A stretch of 64,000 nt of DNA from Ptychomitrium polyphyllum. Lineage: Eukaryota. Positions 36,777-48,287 of this stretch are shown one piece after another. The stretch is from the NCBI GenBank assembly GCA_973851085.1, contig OZ316775.1:18910001-18974000 (forward strand), read 5' to 3'. Numbering within the stretch: position 1 is the stretch's first letter; each line of letters starts with the position of its first letter. Below the pieces are notes generated by a model that was given only the letters and a program-made list of their open reading frames with translations, was not told where the DNA came from and did not search any database. Position numbers and translations under genes: made by a program.

Positions 36777-39277
36777 AATGAGATGAGAGACGATAGAGAC
36801 AGCCGGTGCAGACGTGCGGGAGACGGGAGCAGGTGGTGGTGTCACTGGCGATGGCGATGGCAGATATCGGAAGCAAAGTTTGGGAGCGCTCCGCAGCAGA
36901 ATCGTCGTCGGAGACGACGACGCTTTTCCTTCAGGTTCTGTGGAAAAGTCGCCGGGCCGCGCTAAAAGCTAAAGTAAAGGCAACAGTATAAATTCTGAAC
37001 TTTTCTACAGTTCCAGATCCCATAACTTGGGAATCACTAATTGGGTTGCCAAAGTACAGTGAATATTCCGTATTCTGTCGACGATCTGGGCTACTGTATT
37101 CAAACGTATTCAGACCATTTCCGATCGTATTTGACGTATTTGAAGCCGAAGTGTGCTTTTAAGTTTGAACCACGTGGCTCTCCTGATAGGCTCTGGAAAG
37201 TGAAGCGTAGAGAATTTTTTGTATTTTAGTAACCTTGGAAAAAGCACTATTGTGATTTTGTGACCATATTGACTTTTGTTTCTGTAAAATAAAACTTTTA
37301 CTTAATCTAGATATCAATGTTTTTCAAGTAGAAGGGCTTGTATATATATAATTGTCCATTGTGAATAATCATTAATTATGATGCTCAAGAAAATTTGAAA
37401 TTATAACAAATATTTAGAAAGACCTTTCAAGTTGTTTATAGAATAAGGATAATATTTTTATAATTCTTTGGTTTTTTTTAAGTCCAAAAAACCCTTCCAC
37501 ATTATATTCATAAGGCTAATATTGTAATTATAAACTAATATGATTGAATTCAAATCAAAATATTTTTAAACTATACTTGAAATGTATGAATTCATAAACT
37601 TCAAACCTTTATAGAAAAAAAATATAAGACCAATAAATCCATGAAATATTCAATTTTATAAAAATATATTTAGTCCATTGATTAGAAAATGTAAATATAA
37701 TAATGGCCAAGCTCATAATTAAAAAGAATGTTTCAAAACTTGTAGTCTTCAATATTTTTTATCTACATCTTAAAAGTGGTAAATCAAATACATTACTTTA
37801 TAATTGAATACTTCACCAATTTAACAATCTTTGCTTAAGGCATTTGCTTATATGATTAAAAATAAAAAACATACTTTCATTCATTTTTTAATCAATACCT
37901 GCAAAAAATATTCACCAATAAAATGTACAAAATAATCTTGTTCAAACAAACATTAAATTTTCTAAACACTATATTGAAAATCAAAACAATTGCGTAGTAT
38001 TGATTTTTATAATTAACTTGTATTAATGTAATTAGTGAAATTTAGGACTATTTTTAACAATATTTTTAAAAATTAAATAAACTTCAAAAGATCCCACCAT
38101 TCTTTAGGTGCCTAAAGGAAGCCATTGACTTTTGCATGCTTAATTTTTTTACATGCCTTTCATACTGAAATTCAAAAGACAAAATATAGAATATTGCTTT
38201 GATTTTTAGCCATTAGAAATAATCCTATATATTAATGCAAAAGAAGCAAGATGGAATAAACAATAATTTCTAGCAAGTTTTTGACCATTATACAGTATAA
38301 TTAATTTTTGTTGAACTGCTTATTTTTAATTACATTAAAATATTTTAAACATAAATTTATTATCACATGTAATACATATTATAATCAAAAAAAATTCTTC
38401 CATCAAAAATAACCACAGTCAATAGAATTTTGCAAAAAATGTTTTGAACTACTTGAGTTATTCATTTGGTATCATTGACTTGGTATTCTATTTTGTAAAA
38501 TCTTTTTCTAAATACCATAGTGCATAGAAGATTTAAGTTCAAGTTGTATGTCATTGGTTGTGATGCAACCAAGTGTGTATTTGGTGCATTTTTTCTCTAC
38601 ATCAACCACAATAATTTTTTCAACATATCGACGGTCTTTGATATTCATCTTTGCTATGAAGGCTTAATAATATATTAGCTTCGTTGAGATCGTTCTTTCT
38701 TCAAGTTAATTGCTTACCAAGTTTGAGCATTTTCTTATTGTACCAAGGCTAATCTGTGCTCATTTAATCTTGATTTTTGAAATTCTACTGTCAAGTGATG
38801 TGTTCATGTCAATGACACGCAAATGTTGCAAAACCTTGTGCAATCTGGACTGAAATAACATTGAACACATTTTGTAGAAATATTGCTTTGTATTGTGAGT
38901 TCTTGACTTTTTCCTTAATGAATAACAAGCATGAAATCAAAGCATTCTTGGTTGTGTGACAATCCCTACAATCGTTTTCTTCACACATATTGTATTCTTT
39001 CTGAGTTTTAAGATCCTATGACACATGAAGATCACTTTGTTCACCCTTGAGCATTGGTGATGAATTGGCATTGGTGAGAAGAGTTCGGTGGGACTTAGTT
39101 GGGCTCTTTGTGGCGCATGCTGCAAATGGAACAGCAAGTTTAAGAAGTCTAGGAAGGCCATCAGGTGTGCAATTGATTGCTAGTGAAGAAAAACAAACTA
39201 CCTGAGTGCACTCTGTCTGTAATGCAGTGATTTCAGTCTAGTGCCAAAATTAGGGTGTAGGGTGTTGGGTTTAAGGA

Positions 39278-39300
39278 TTAGGGTTAGGGTTAGGGTTAGG
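39278..39300. repeat. Short (TTAGGG)n telo-box-like tract
   Basis: ttagggttagggttagggttagg at the 5' end of the biotin ligase locus. Confidence 0.75.
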
Positions 39301-39396
39301 ATTGAGGGAGCAAATGCTTATGAGCGAGTATACACAGACAGGGTTTTAGGGAAGGTAGGAAAATCTGAGGAGTGTTTAGTGGGCAAGGTGGAGCAG

Positions 39397-42300
39397 ATGG
39401 GTAACGCAGCCAGAAAACCTGAAGGAGAGAGTGTAGGTAAGGTGGAGGAGACTGTAGGCGACAAATCAGTCGGAAAAGCTGAAAATGAGAGCGTGGGGAA
39501 GCTTGAGGAGAATACCGAGACCGGGAACATGTTAGAGGAACTAGAAGGAGATGTGGGTGAGGTAACTGGAAATGCAGTAGGTGAAGGTGAAGAGGGTAAA
39601 GTGAGGGAGGATTGTCATGAATATGTTGGGAAAGGTGAAGTGGGCGATACTGGGAAGGCTTCTGAGAAGAGTCGCGGTCAGCACGTTAGGAAAGAGGGAG
39701 GAGAGATTCAGGATCAGAATGTGGGAAAAAGCTTCAATGGAAAAAAGGGTAAGGGTTTCGGTCTTGTGGAGTGTGTAGGAGGTTGCATTTTTGTTGTGGA
39801 ATTTTGCAGCTTTTTCTGCTAGTGGAGAAAGTTTTATGAATTCTTTAGCAACTGCATTGACTCTGATGATGTGTGGTTGTGAGTAGATTCCAAGGAGATT
39901 GTTATTGCTGTTGCTGGGAAATCGGAGTCAGATATGAGTTATGTACAGAATCTTACTGGTGCTGCTGGGAAACTGAAGCTTCCCGAAGGAGCCACTTTAG
40001 TAGCATACGAGCAGGCGGTGGTCCCTGAAGATGGGTTTCGCGTGGATGTCTTTATGGACCAGCTCATGACTCACCAGTTTGGAAGGCTGATTCTCTATGC
40101 TCGTCAGCTGCCCTCCACTCATACGCTGCTGTCCCAATCAGTTTCATGCTCATGTGTTCAATATGTTCAAGCTTCAGTTGTATTGCTCGATGATGTTGAG
40201 AATCCCTACCAAAGTATGAATGTTCTTGCTGGTTCTGTTCTGAATATTAGTTTGATGATCGAACTTCTCATGAAGTTTATAAACACGGTCATTAACCTTT
40301 AATGCTTTGCCAGAAACTATTGCTTCTGCTTTATTGTTCCCTTACTAGCAAATTTTGGTGGTTTGCAGAAACTGTAGATTGGTCCCTGTGGGGACGCTGA
40401 GTGTAGCCCATATTCAATTTCAAGGAGAAGGTGAGTAGTAGAGTTGCTTCGTTTATTTCTGCTTATGTTAATTTTGTCAAGATGTGGAAATATGTGACTC
40501 TGTAGCCTATATTTTTAGTTTAAACCTTGAGATGTGAATTGGTCATGAATTGGACTAAATATTCTAAAGTGCATAGTATTAAGGATGGACTAACGCTATG
40601 CCAAAGTTGGTGAATCTGCAGGTCGTGCTGGCAACTCATGGGAGTCGCCCAAGGGCTGTCTCATGTTCTCCTTTACTGTCCAGATGCCAGATGGACGAGC
40701 AGTTCCTTTTCTGCAGTATGTGGTGTCACTTTGCAGTTGTTGAGGGTATCGAAGGTCACTGCATAAGTAAAGTACGTGCATATCCCTTGAAATCGCTCCA
40801 TTTTCTGTAGCCTTGAGGATTATAATATTATCTTTCATACGTTGGTTTTGATTTGCAAAACTTTTATTAACAAACTCAGGACTTATCAGCTAATACAAAG
40901 TCTTGTGTTGCTAGAACTAGAATATGTCGTACCATGGAATTGCTGATACACTATCGTCTGTACGGACTACCTGTTAGGGTTTGGTCATAATTTAGTTTAC
41001 AGAGATTGTGATATTAGTGTGTGTCGAGCTGCAGTGCATTATATTTTAGCGCATGTCATTTGAAACGTCAGTGGCTGAATATGATAAAATTACCTGTATC
41101 TTTTCGCAGGGTCTTCAAGAACCGGAAGTGAGAATCAAGTGGCCTAATGACCTGTGTGCCAAAGAGCTTAAAGTTGGTGGGGTTCTCTGTACATCAACCT
41201 ACAGCTCCAAAAAATTTAACATTGTGATCGGTAAGGATGAGAACAATTTCGATCTTAATTTTTGTTGGTGCATCAGTCAAGAAGTATATTAGGCAGGGTA
41301 CTGAAAGAACTTAATCACGGCAGAAGAACTCAAGTGTAATACAGTAATAGTTTAAAGTTTATTCTTGCATCTATCAGTGAACATGCCATCTCTGAGTATG
41401 TTGCACTAATCTCTCAGCATATGAGTGAACTATTGCCATGTTTCATCTCTGATAGTTTTTCTTGTTTCCAATGAATCATCTTGAACGAGAGTCCAGGAGT
41501 GGGACTGAATGTGGGCAACAGGAAGCCTACAACTTGTTTAGATGCTTTGCTAGAAGGAATCAACGAGGAAGCACCCTGTTTGTCAAAAGATGAGTTACTG
41601 GCGGCTATCATCGGCAAGTTTGAGTTTCTTTTTGAAGTGTTCTGCTCTCAAGGTGAGCAACACATTTATAAACTATCTGATAAATAAGTTAGATTCCAAG
41701 AGGTTCTGCAGGTGTTTGGACGTGTAAGACGGTTGTTTAGATTGATAGTAGATCTGTTTATACTGCAGTTAGCTTAGTCAGTGACTTAGGAATACCATCT
41801 TACAGATTGATGTCATCATAAACTTGTACAACTTATGTCATCCACTTTATCATTATGAAAGGATTTTAATTTTTGTCAATTAGGTGCTGCTTATATTACA
41901 AGAGTTGTTAGTTTTCCGGACAAGCTTTCAACTTGAGCGGGCATAGCAATTAATTTCGTATCTGTTGCTTGTTTATTAGAGATACGATTGTGCAGGTTTT
42001 CCCGCTCTAGAAAGTAACTACTATAGAAGGTGGTTACACAGGTATGACACTTATCTGAGTCGGCTGTTATTATATATGCAGATGGATCTTATATGGTTGT
42101 TATCTGTCTGGCATCTGTTATGCTCTGACCTGCGTATACTTTCTCTTAATAGCAATCAAGCTGTAGTGCTGGAGGAGAAGCAGAAAGGTAGCACTGAAGT
42201 ATCACACGTTCCTATGAAGATACAAGTAAGTCTCTGTAGATGTGCATTTGTGTTGAATATTGCTGTTGAGGCATCGTGAAACCTGCGGACCTTTCTTGTT

Positions 42301-42646
42301 GTTATTACCTAATTTCACGTTTGATAATTACCTGCAGGGATTGACGCCAACAGGTTACCTGCGAGCTGTTGATGATGCATCAGAGACCTACGAGCTTCAC
42401 CCAGATGGCAACAGGTAAATGTTACACATATTAGGTGTTTTCGTGGAAAATGGACCTAGCGATAAGTGCGACTCTAGTGTATCAGGTTCCCTATGCTAGG
42501 AGTGCTGTTTATAATTGCAATTATTGATTGTAGGTAGGTTTTTGGATTTTTTAATTGAGGTGAAGCTAATTTTTGAAGCTAATATGTTGTTTGGAACTTC
42601 TCGCAGTTTTGACTTCCTGAAAGGCCTTGTGAGGCAGAAGATGTGA
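39397..42646 (+). pseudogene. HCS: Biotin-protein ligase / holocarboxylase synthetase, apparently disabled
   Basis: Motifs QLPSTH, QFQGEGRAGNSWESPKGCLMFSF, RIKWPNDL, KVGGVL, GVGLNV, YYRRWLH and ELHPDGNSFDF. Lesions are a splice donor reading AT at 40137 and a +1 frameshift at 40730-40732. The 5' end is uncertain. Confidence 0.8.
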
Positions 42647-44231
42647 ACCGTGTGTCAACTTACCATCTCAGTGACTACACTTACCTTGTGAGATACGTAA
42701 AATTTCTCATTGTGCAAATTCTTTGCATTCACTGAATGAGTTGAACATGATACGTAGAGATAGACAAGAGTCGGTCGCAATGATTGCGAAGTCCTCAATA
42801 TAAGGTGGAGCTGTCTACATCTTTCGAGAGGTAGCTCGTATGACTAGTTGTTAATATCCTTTAGGTGGTTGTCGGAAGATACGTGGATTCCAACTCCATC
42901 CCGATTCTGGTGGAACTCTTAAAGAGTAAAAGTGATAGTATGAAAGCTATCATTGTACAATACAGCAGTGGGCATTACGGTATCTTCTTTCGCTAATATC
43001 CTGATGTAGTCATTAATGGATAAGCTTAGAGTTCAAAAGTTCCCACCATGAGATGAGCAACAGCTGTAGGAGGAAGGGTGTTCTTTTGCAATGAAGCTTC
43101 TTCGTTTGTCACTGAATTTTTAAATGAGAAATAAAAAGACGGGCAACATCTCCTATGGGTTGGCCTCAATAAAGACTTGGAACTCTTCCTAGCTAATGAC
43201 TCAATTCCCATGTAGGTCAAGCTTTTTGAACGCTCATTATTTTAAACTGCAGTTTATACCCCAGCTATGTAAGCTTCCTGCGAGTAAAAGAAATAAACAT
43301 TAACCATGAAGCTGCATTCATGTAAATTCAAGGAATGCTTGTTCTTAAAACGGGCAACAGCGTTGTTCCAGCTGCAGACAGGAATTGTTATTGTAGAAAG
43401 TAGAGTACAGAGCAGAACTGGTTAATTTACGAGTTCAAGTGGGATCCGACAGTGTAGATTGCTGTCCGACAGTTCGACGATATTCACTGCAGACGAAGTA
43501 ACAGTGCAACCGTAGCTGTGGTTCAAGACAGTCTGGTGTAAGAAGCTGGCTCGCAACTCCGAACTTGCTTTGCGCATCTAGTCAGAGATTGCGGTTGGGC
43601 AGTGCTGGAGAAGTCTTGCGATGACGATTGCACTTTGCAGTGGTAGTCTCTTTTCTTCGTCATCAGCAGCGGAGGAGTTACTGCTTGTACCTCAATCTCC
43701 CACGGGTTGCAGCTCGTCCTCTCTTGGTCAGTGAGTTTCCGCTGAGCTCCCAACCTCTTGGGTATCGTATTTTCATGCCGCCTGCGCCTAGTTGATATTG
43801 TGAAGGTTTGGTAACTTATATGATAATCAGGTTTGTTTGAGTTCACTCAGCGCGGCATTGTGGGTTTAGAAAGGCAGTTCGCAAGATAAGGGAGAATTTG
43901 GGTTGGGCTGGTCTTAGAACTAGGTTACCTATTCAGGCCCATGAAGCTCTTGATGTTCTGCGGTCTTGTTCGATATGTAGGAAACCAGCTGGAGGGTACC
44001 CATGCTGCGGCGGTGCTTCTCAAAACTCATCAAATATTGGTCTTCCTTGGTACGTACCGCTCATCATTCTGCACATGCAGAGAGATCACCGTTGGCCACA
44101 CGGCTAAGAAGCTGTGAACGACCTTGCGATGATAAGTGCCGTGGCTTAGACGATTCTTCCTTAAGAGTTCTTAAAAAGCAGGGTGAGAAGTTCAACAACC
44201 AGAAGTTACATAGCTTAAAAATCTAAGAAGA

Positions 44232-45477
44232 GATGGCGCAAGCCGAGTCGAGTAGTGTGCAAGCTGTGTGGCGGTGAAGTCGGTGATAGGGCTGTAAGAG
44301 AGCCGTCCTTCAGCGCTGCTGGTGAAGAATATGCTACAACATTAGCGTCGATGGCGTCTGCTTCAGAATCTGGCAAGTACGTGACTGCAAGCCTGAGCAA
44401 GCTGCAAATTGCGGCTGCGATAGATAAGTTGAAGGAGCTAGGGTGGTCGGAACTGAACGACGAGGCTGAAGACGTGGCAGCGGCACCTTCCCCTGGCCTT
44501 GATAACCTATTCCTTTGGGAGGAGTTGAAGAAAAAGCATACTGGTACTTTCAGAAACTTGAGTAAATATGATGAATTTCAGTTGAACCGAGTGATGGCGG
44601 AGGGAGGCGAAGTTGTCCCTTATGAAGCCGAGATATGTGACTTGAAATTCTACTATGTGGCGAATGTGTACAAAATAGAAGGCTTCTTACTGGCAGACCT
44701 TCAAAGCCACTGGCCCCTCATAACCAAGGACCCAGATGAGTGGGGGGATGTTGTGGTGGGGTAGTTTTTAGTAGATATATGATAATTTGTAGTGCGATAT
44801 ACTGGAGTTTGTTTTTGGAGGACGGGAGGTTTGCTTTTATGATGGAGAGATATTTGAGTGATTTGCGAACATTAATCAATCTCAAATTGAGCGACTACTT
44901 CCAAAGGCCACCTTTCTCCCATTAGAATGCTCTACATATCATATGGCAAATTGTTAGGAATAGGAGTCAGTTAAATGTGAGAGGTGTTTTGCGTAGAGGT
45001 CTTAAAGCTGCCCATGTCCTTATCACCAGGAGGAACAACGAGAAGTGTGATAGAGTATTTATTGCGATGTGGCAGATTGTGTGAGTGCAGTGTTGGTTCA
45101 AGGAACTGAATTCTTGAAAACTCCAGAGGTGTTGAAAGAACTTTCGAAGCTATGTGGTCGAAATGGAGATGTATGAACAGAGAAAGTGGATGCACATAGT
45201 TATGCAATGACCTGTTATGAGGTTTTGACAGTGCATACACCCTTGTTTGGTTATGGCAAGAGTGATTGGAGGGGAGTTATTGATGGTGAAAGGATTTACT
45301 TGCCTCATTGTATAGATTGGATCTATTGGATTACATAGAGGACAAAAATCAGTGGAGAGATGTCGGCATGCTGATCCTTCAAAGAGGCCTGGTTTTGAAG
45401 TTATAAAAGCTGAGATGCAGGACTATGTTGATGAAGGAGACGAAGATGAAGAGGAAGTAGGTAAAGAAGATGAATGA
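44232..45477 (+). pseudogene. Degenerate intronless protein kinase (Raf-like/TKL-type, inferred)
   Basis: Eroded kinase motifs: VMAEGGE (subdomain I-like), MMERY..DLR, RGLKAAHVLI (from HRDLKAxNVL), PEV, SYAMTCYEVLT, HADPSKRPGF. Multiple stops and frameshifts. Confidence 0.75.
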
Positions 45478-45861
45478 ATGACTTAGTTTCATGTCATCTT
45501 GGTAGAATGAATCTGTAGATGACACTGATCAGTTATAGTATATTAACCTGTGGCAATTGGCAAGAGTGGATATAAGATTTCCAAAGAAACAGCTAGTTTT
45601 TCAAATCCATGCCTAAGGAAACAGTTGTTTTTCCTCAATCTCAAAGTTACCTCATGAATCAGCAAATGATTGCAGAGCATAAAACTCATCACATAATGCA
45701 AAAAAATGTTTGAATATTGTACATTCACTACCTCATCTGATCTCATCACTCGCTAGAATCATTCTCTGCCAAATTATCAAACACAAAGTGAAGTCTGAAC
45801 TAAATGCTAGAAATGTACAATGCGAATCCCGCCGCTGTAGACGAAAATTAGGGTTCTAAAT

Positions 45862-46311
45862 TCACACGCAGGTTCGCACGCCATAGCCACCGCGTTGCCG
45901 GGGAGGGTGTTGTTGCATTCTTCGGATATCGTAGCTGCCGTCGTGGCCGACCATGAGGCAACCCATGTAGCCCCGCAGCCACTTCATAGGCGCCATAAGG
46001 CCCAGGATGTTCGCCTTCTGGTTGCTCTTGCGCTGGCGAGATGATGTTTTGCTGGTTAGGTCCCGGCGGCTGGCGAAGTCTGGTTGAGAGGTGTCGAGTG
46101 AAACCGGGCGTGTGTTGCAGCGCGTGGAGGGCTCGCTGGATGGGCACGAGGGGACGTGGGCAAAATTCTCCGGTATGTCGGAGAGGTTCATGTTGCGACG
46201 GAGCTTGCGGTCGCGGCAGCGGTCGCGGTGGAGCTCCAGTTTCGCTTGCGCCAGGATGATATCGATTTCGGCGAAGTCCTGGTCGTCTTGGTCGTGCACC
46301 TTGGTCGCCAT
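45862..46311 (-). CDS. Hypothetical 149-aa protein
   Basis: GC-rich, GC3-biased ORF in a good start context (aaaATGGCG) against a more AT-rich background. No family recognised. Confidence 0.5.
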   Translation of the reverse strand: MATKVHDQDDQDFAEIDIILAQAKLELHRDRCRDRKLRRNMNLSDIPENFAHVPSCPSSEPSTRCNTRPVSLDTSQPDFASRRDLTSKTSSRQRKSNQKANILGLMAPMKWLRGYMGCLMVGHDGSYDIRRMQQHPPRQRGGYGVRTCV

Positions 46312-48287
46312 TTTGCAAGCTCACCGAAACCGCCGAAGCACTCACACGAAAATGACGAACGAAGAAACCGGAGTACTCAATCCATGTCCGAGTGATACAT
46401 TTGCACAGACGATGATCAGAGACCTGTCCAAATAACCACATCTGAGCTTGATTGCAGCTTGGCCCTCGCATACCAATCGACATGAGAAAAGAATCATCTT
46501 CAAAAACGATACAAGCCAGAAGTGATGAAATAAAATGACCATAGAAGATTAAGAGCGAGTTTCATTATCAGAATTACCCCCAGCTGTCATTGTAACGACA
46601 CAGAAGCTCCAACCGAAGCACGGAAAACGTCACCGCCGGCTCAATGGCTGCATCACACTCCCCACTGATCCAAACCTCAACGCCCCCAACTTTCCGATCG
46701 TCACTCAATCTCCAAAACTAGTTAACTAGAAGTACTGCATCACCCAAGCAACTGTATACATCACTTAGCCATGACTCCTTGTCCCACAATACTAAAATTC
46801 AGTCTCGGTCTACAACGCTCTTGGATGTCCAGATAACTCGATCACCTCAAACCACCAGCTCAGTCACGTTTCACTCCCAACTCGTGCAGCCAAAAGCCTT
46901 GCGGCAGCTGGTCCATCTCATCATCACCAGCTCTACCAACACAGACGTAGTACCTGCAATCCTGAAAAGAGAACACAAGCTGTCGTCGTCCACATAAGAA
47001 AAAATATTCCTACACCCAGTTCCCCTGGGCCTTAGTACCATCCCACCATCGTCATCATCTCCCTGCACCAGAGCTGTGACAATTCCTTACACCATGACAT
47101 AAATATGTACTCCTCTCGTTTCATTGCCAGAAGCGTAAGTGTGAGTGGAACTCAGGTTGATATCATGAGAGTCAGACTGTCCACTCACCACGCAATGTTG
47201 AGTGTTCACAGCAAACGCAGATGCAGTGACGACAAGTTTGGAGAATGATGAGCTAGTTGAGCGTTGTAGCCCATAATGATGAGTCATGAGGATGGGATTT
47301 TTGGTTTCTGGTTGATCGAAGTTGGATCCCATTAATGAAAGTCTTTGGGGAACAAGGTGGGGGACCGGCGAAGAGAGTGGAGCAATAAAGAGCAGGCCGC
47401 CACTTCCGTGAAATGTTGTTGGGAAGATGGACGCGTTCTGGAGTATCACTAGATCTGGGCACTGTGAGTCTACTCCATCGCCAGGATGATTCATCGTTTT
47501 GGTAGATGTTAACTTTTCTATTAAATTTCATTATCTTCGTTGGGATAACCCAGCTGCTTGATTTGAGGTTCTGTGTTCGAAATCGGATTGTGGTTGAAAT
47601 TTGAATTTCAGTTGTTCAGACTTAAGTGCTTGCCATAAGACGTGTGCCCTGTGATGTCATGTCCAGGTTGTCGGAACCGGGCATCATGTAGGGCTTATTT
47701 TTTGTGTTAACATCTGGTCAGTGGTGAGCCAGGGGTTAGGAACTATAAATACTTAATAAAAAATTACAAATGCGATTATGTGAGACTTATTACAAACTAG
47801 AAATACATCGAACCTTCAGTTGTTTAATTCTCATATTTAAAGCTTTTTGGGGGACTTCCTGCAGAGAACTGATTGAAGTCCTCAAGGCATTCCAACAATA
47901 TCAAGTTGCCAAACGTGTGTCTACAGATCGAAGGCTAAAATCATAACACAGTTCACACAAGTTTGTAACTCAGACCTTGACGTTGCAACCTGGAGGATGA
48001 TAGATATCTTCAATCACTTACATTTGTTATTAGAACAACTGTTCAGAAGCTCTACACTGTACACTCAATACAACATAATGGATTTGCAAATTCCATACTG
48101 TTACAAAAGATTTTTGAGGATAATCCGTAATAAATCGTACTACTCTCGGTCAGCCCTGTGAAACTCTTGCTGATATGCGAGCATAGAGCACAACCTGTTT
48201 TGAATGCATTTAGTAGGTTGCAACGTCTAGTAGTACGAAGTCACCTAATTCGACAATCAGAATCCACGAGTATTCAATATGAAGATG

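Noticed and set aside
40137..40368. AT-starting intron as a U12 AT-AC intron
   Set aside because: It lacks the ATATCCTT donor consensus and ends in AG. A mutated GT donor fits better.
47087..47531. Minus-strand ORFs of 135 and 92 aa
   Set aside because: No motifs or coding bias evident.
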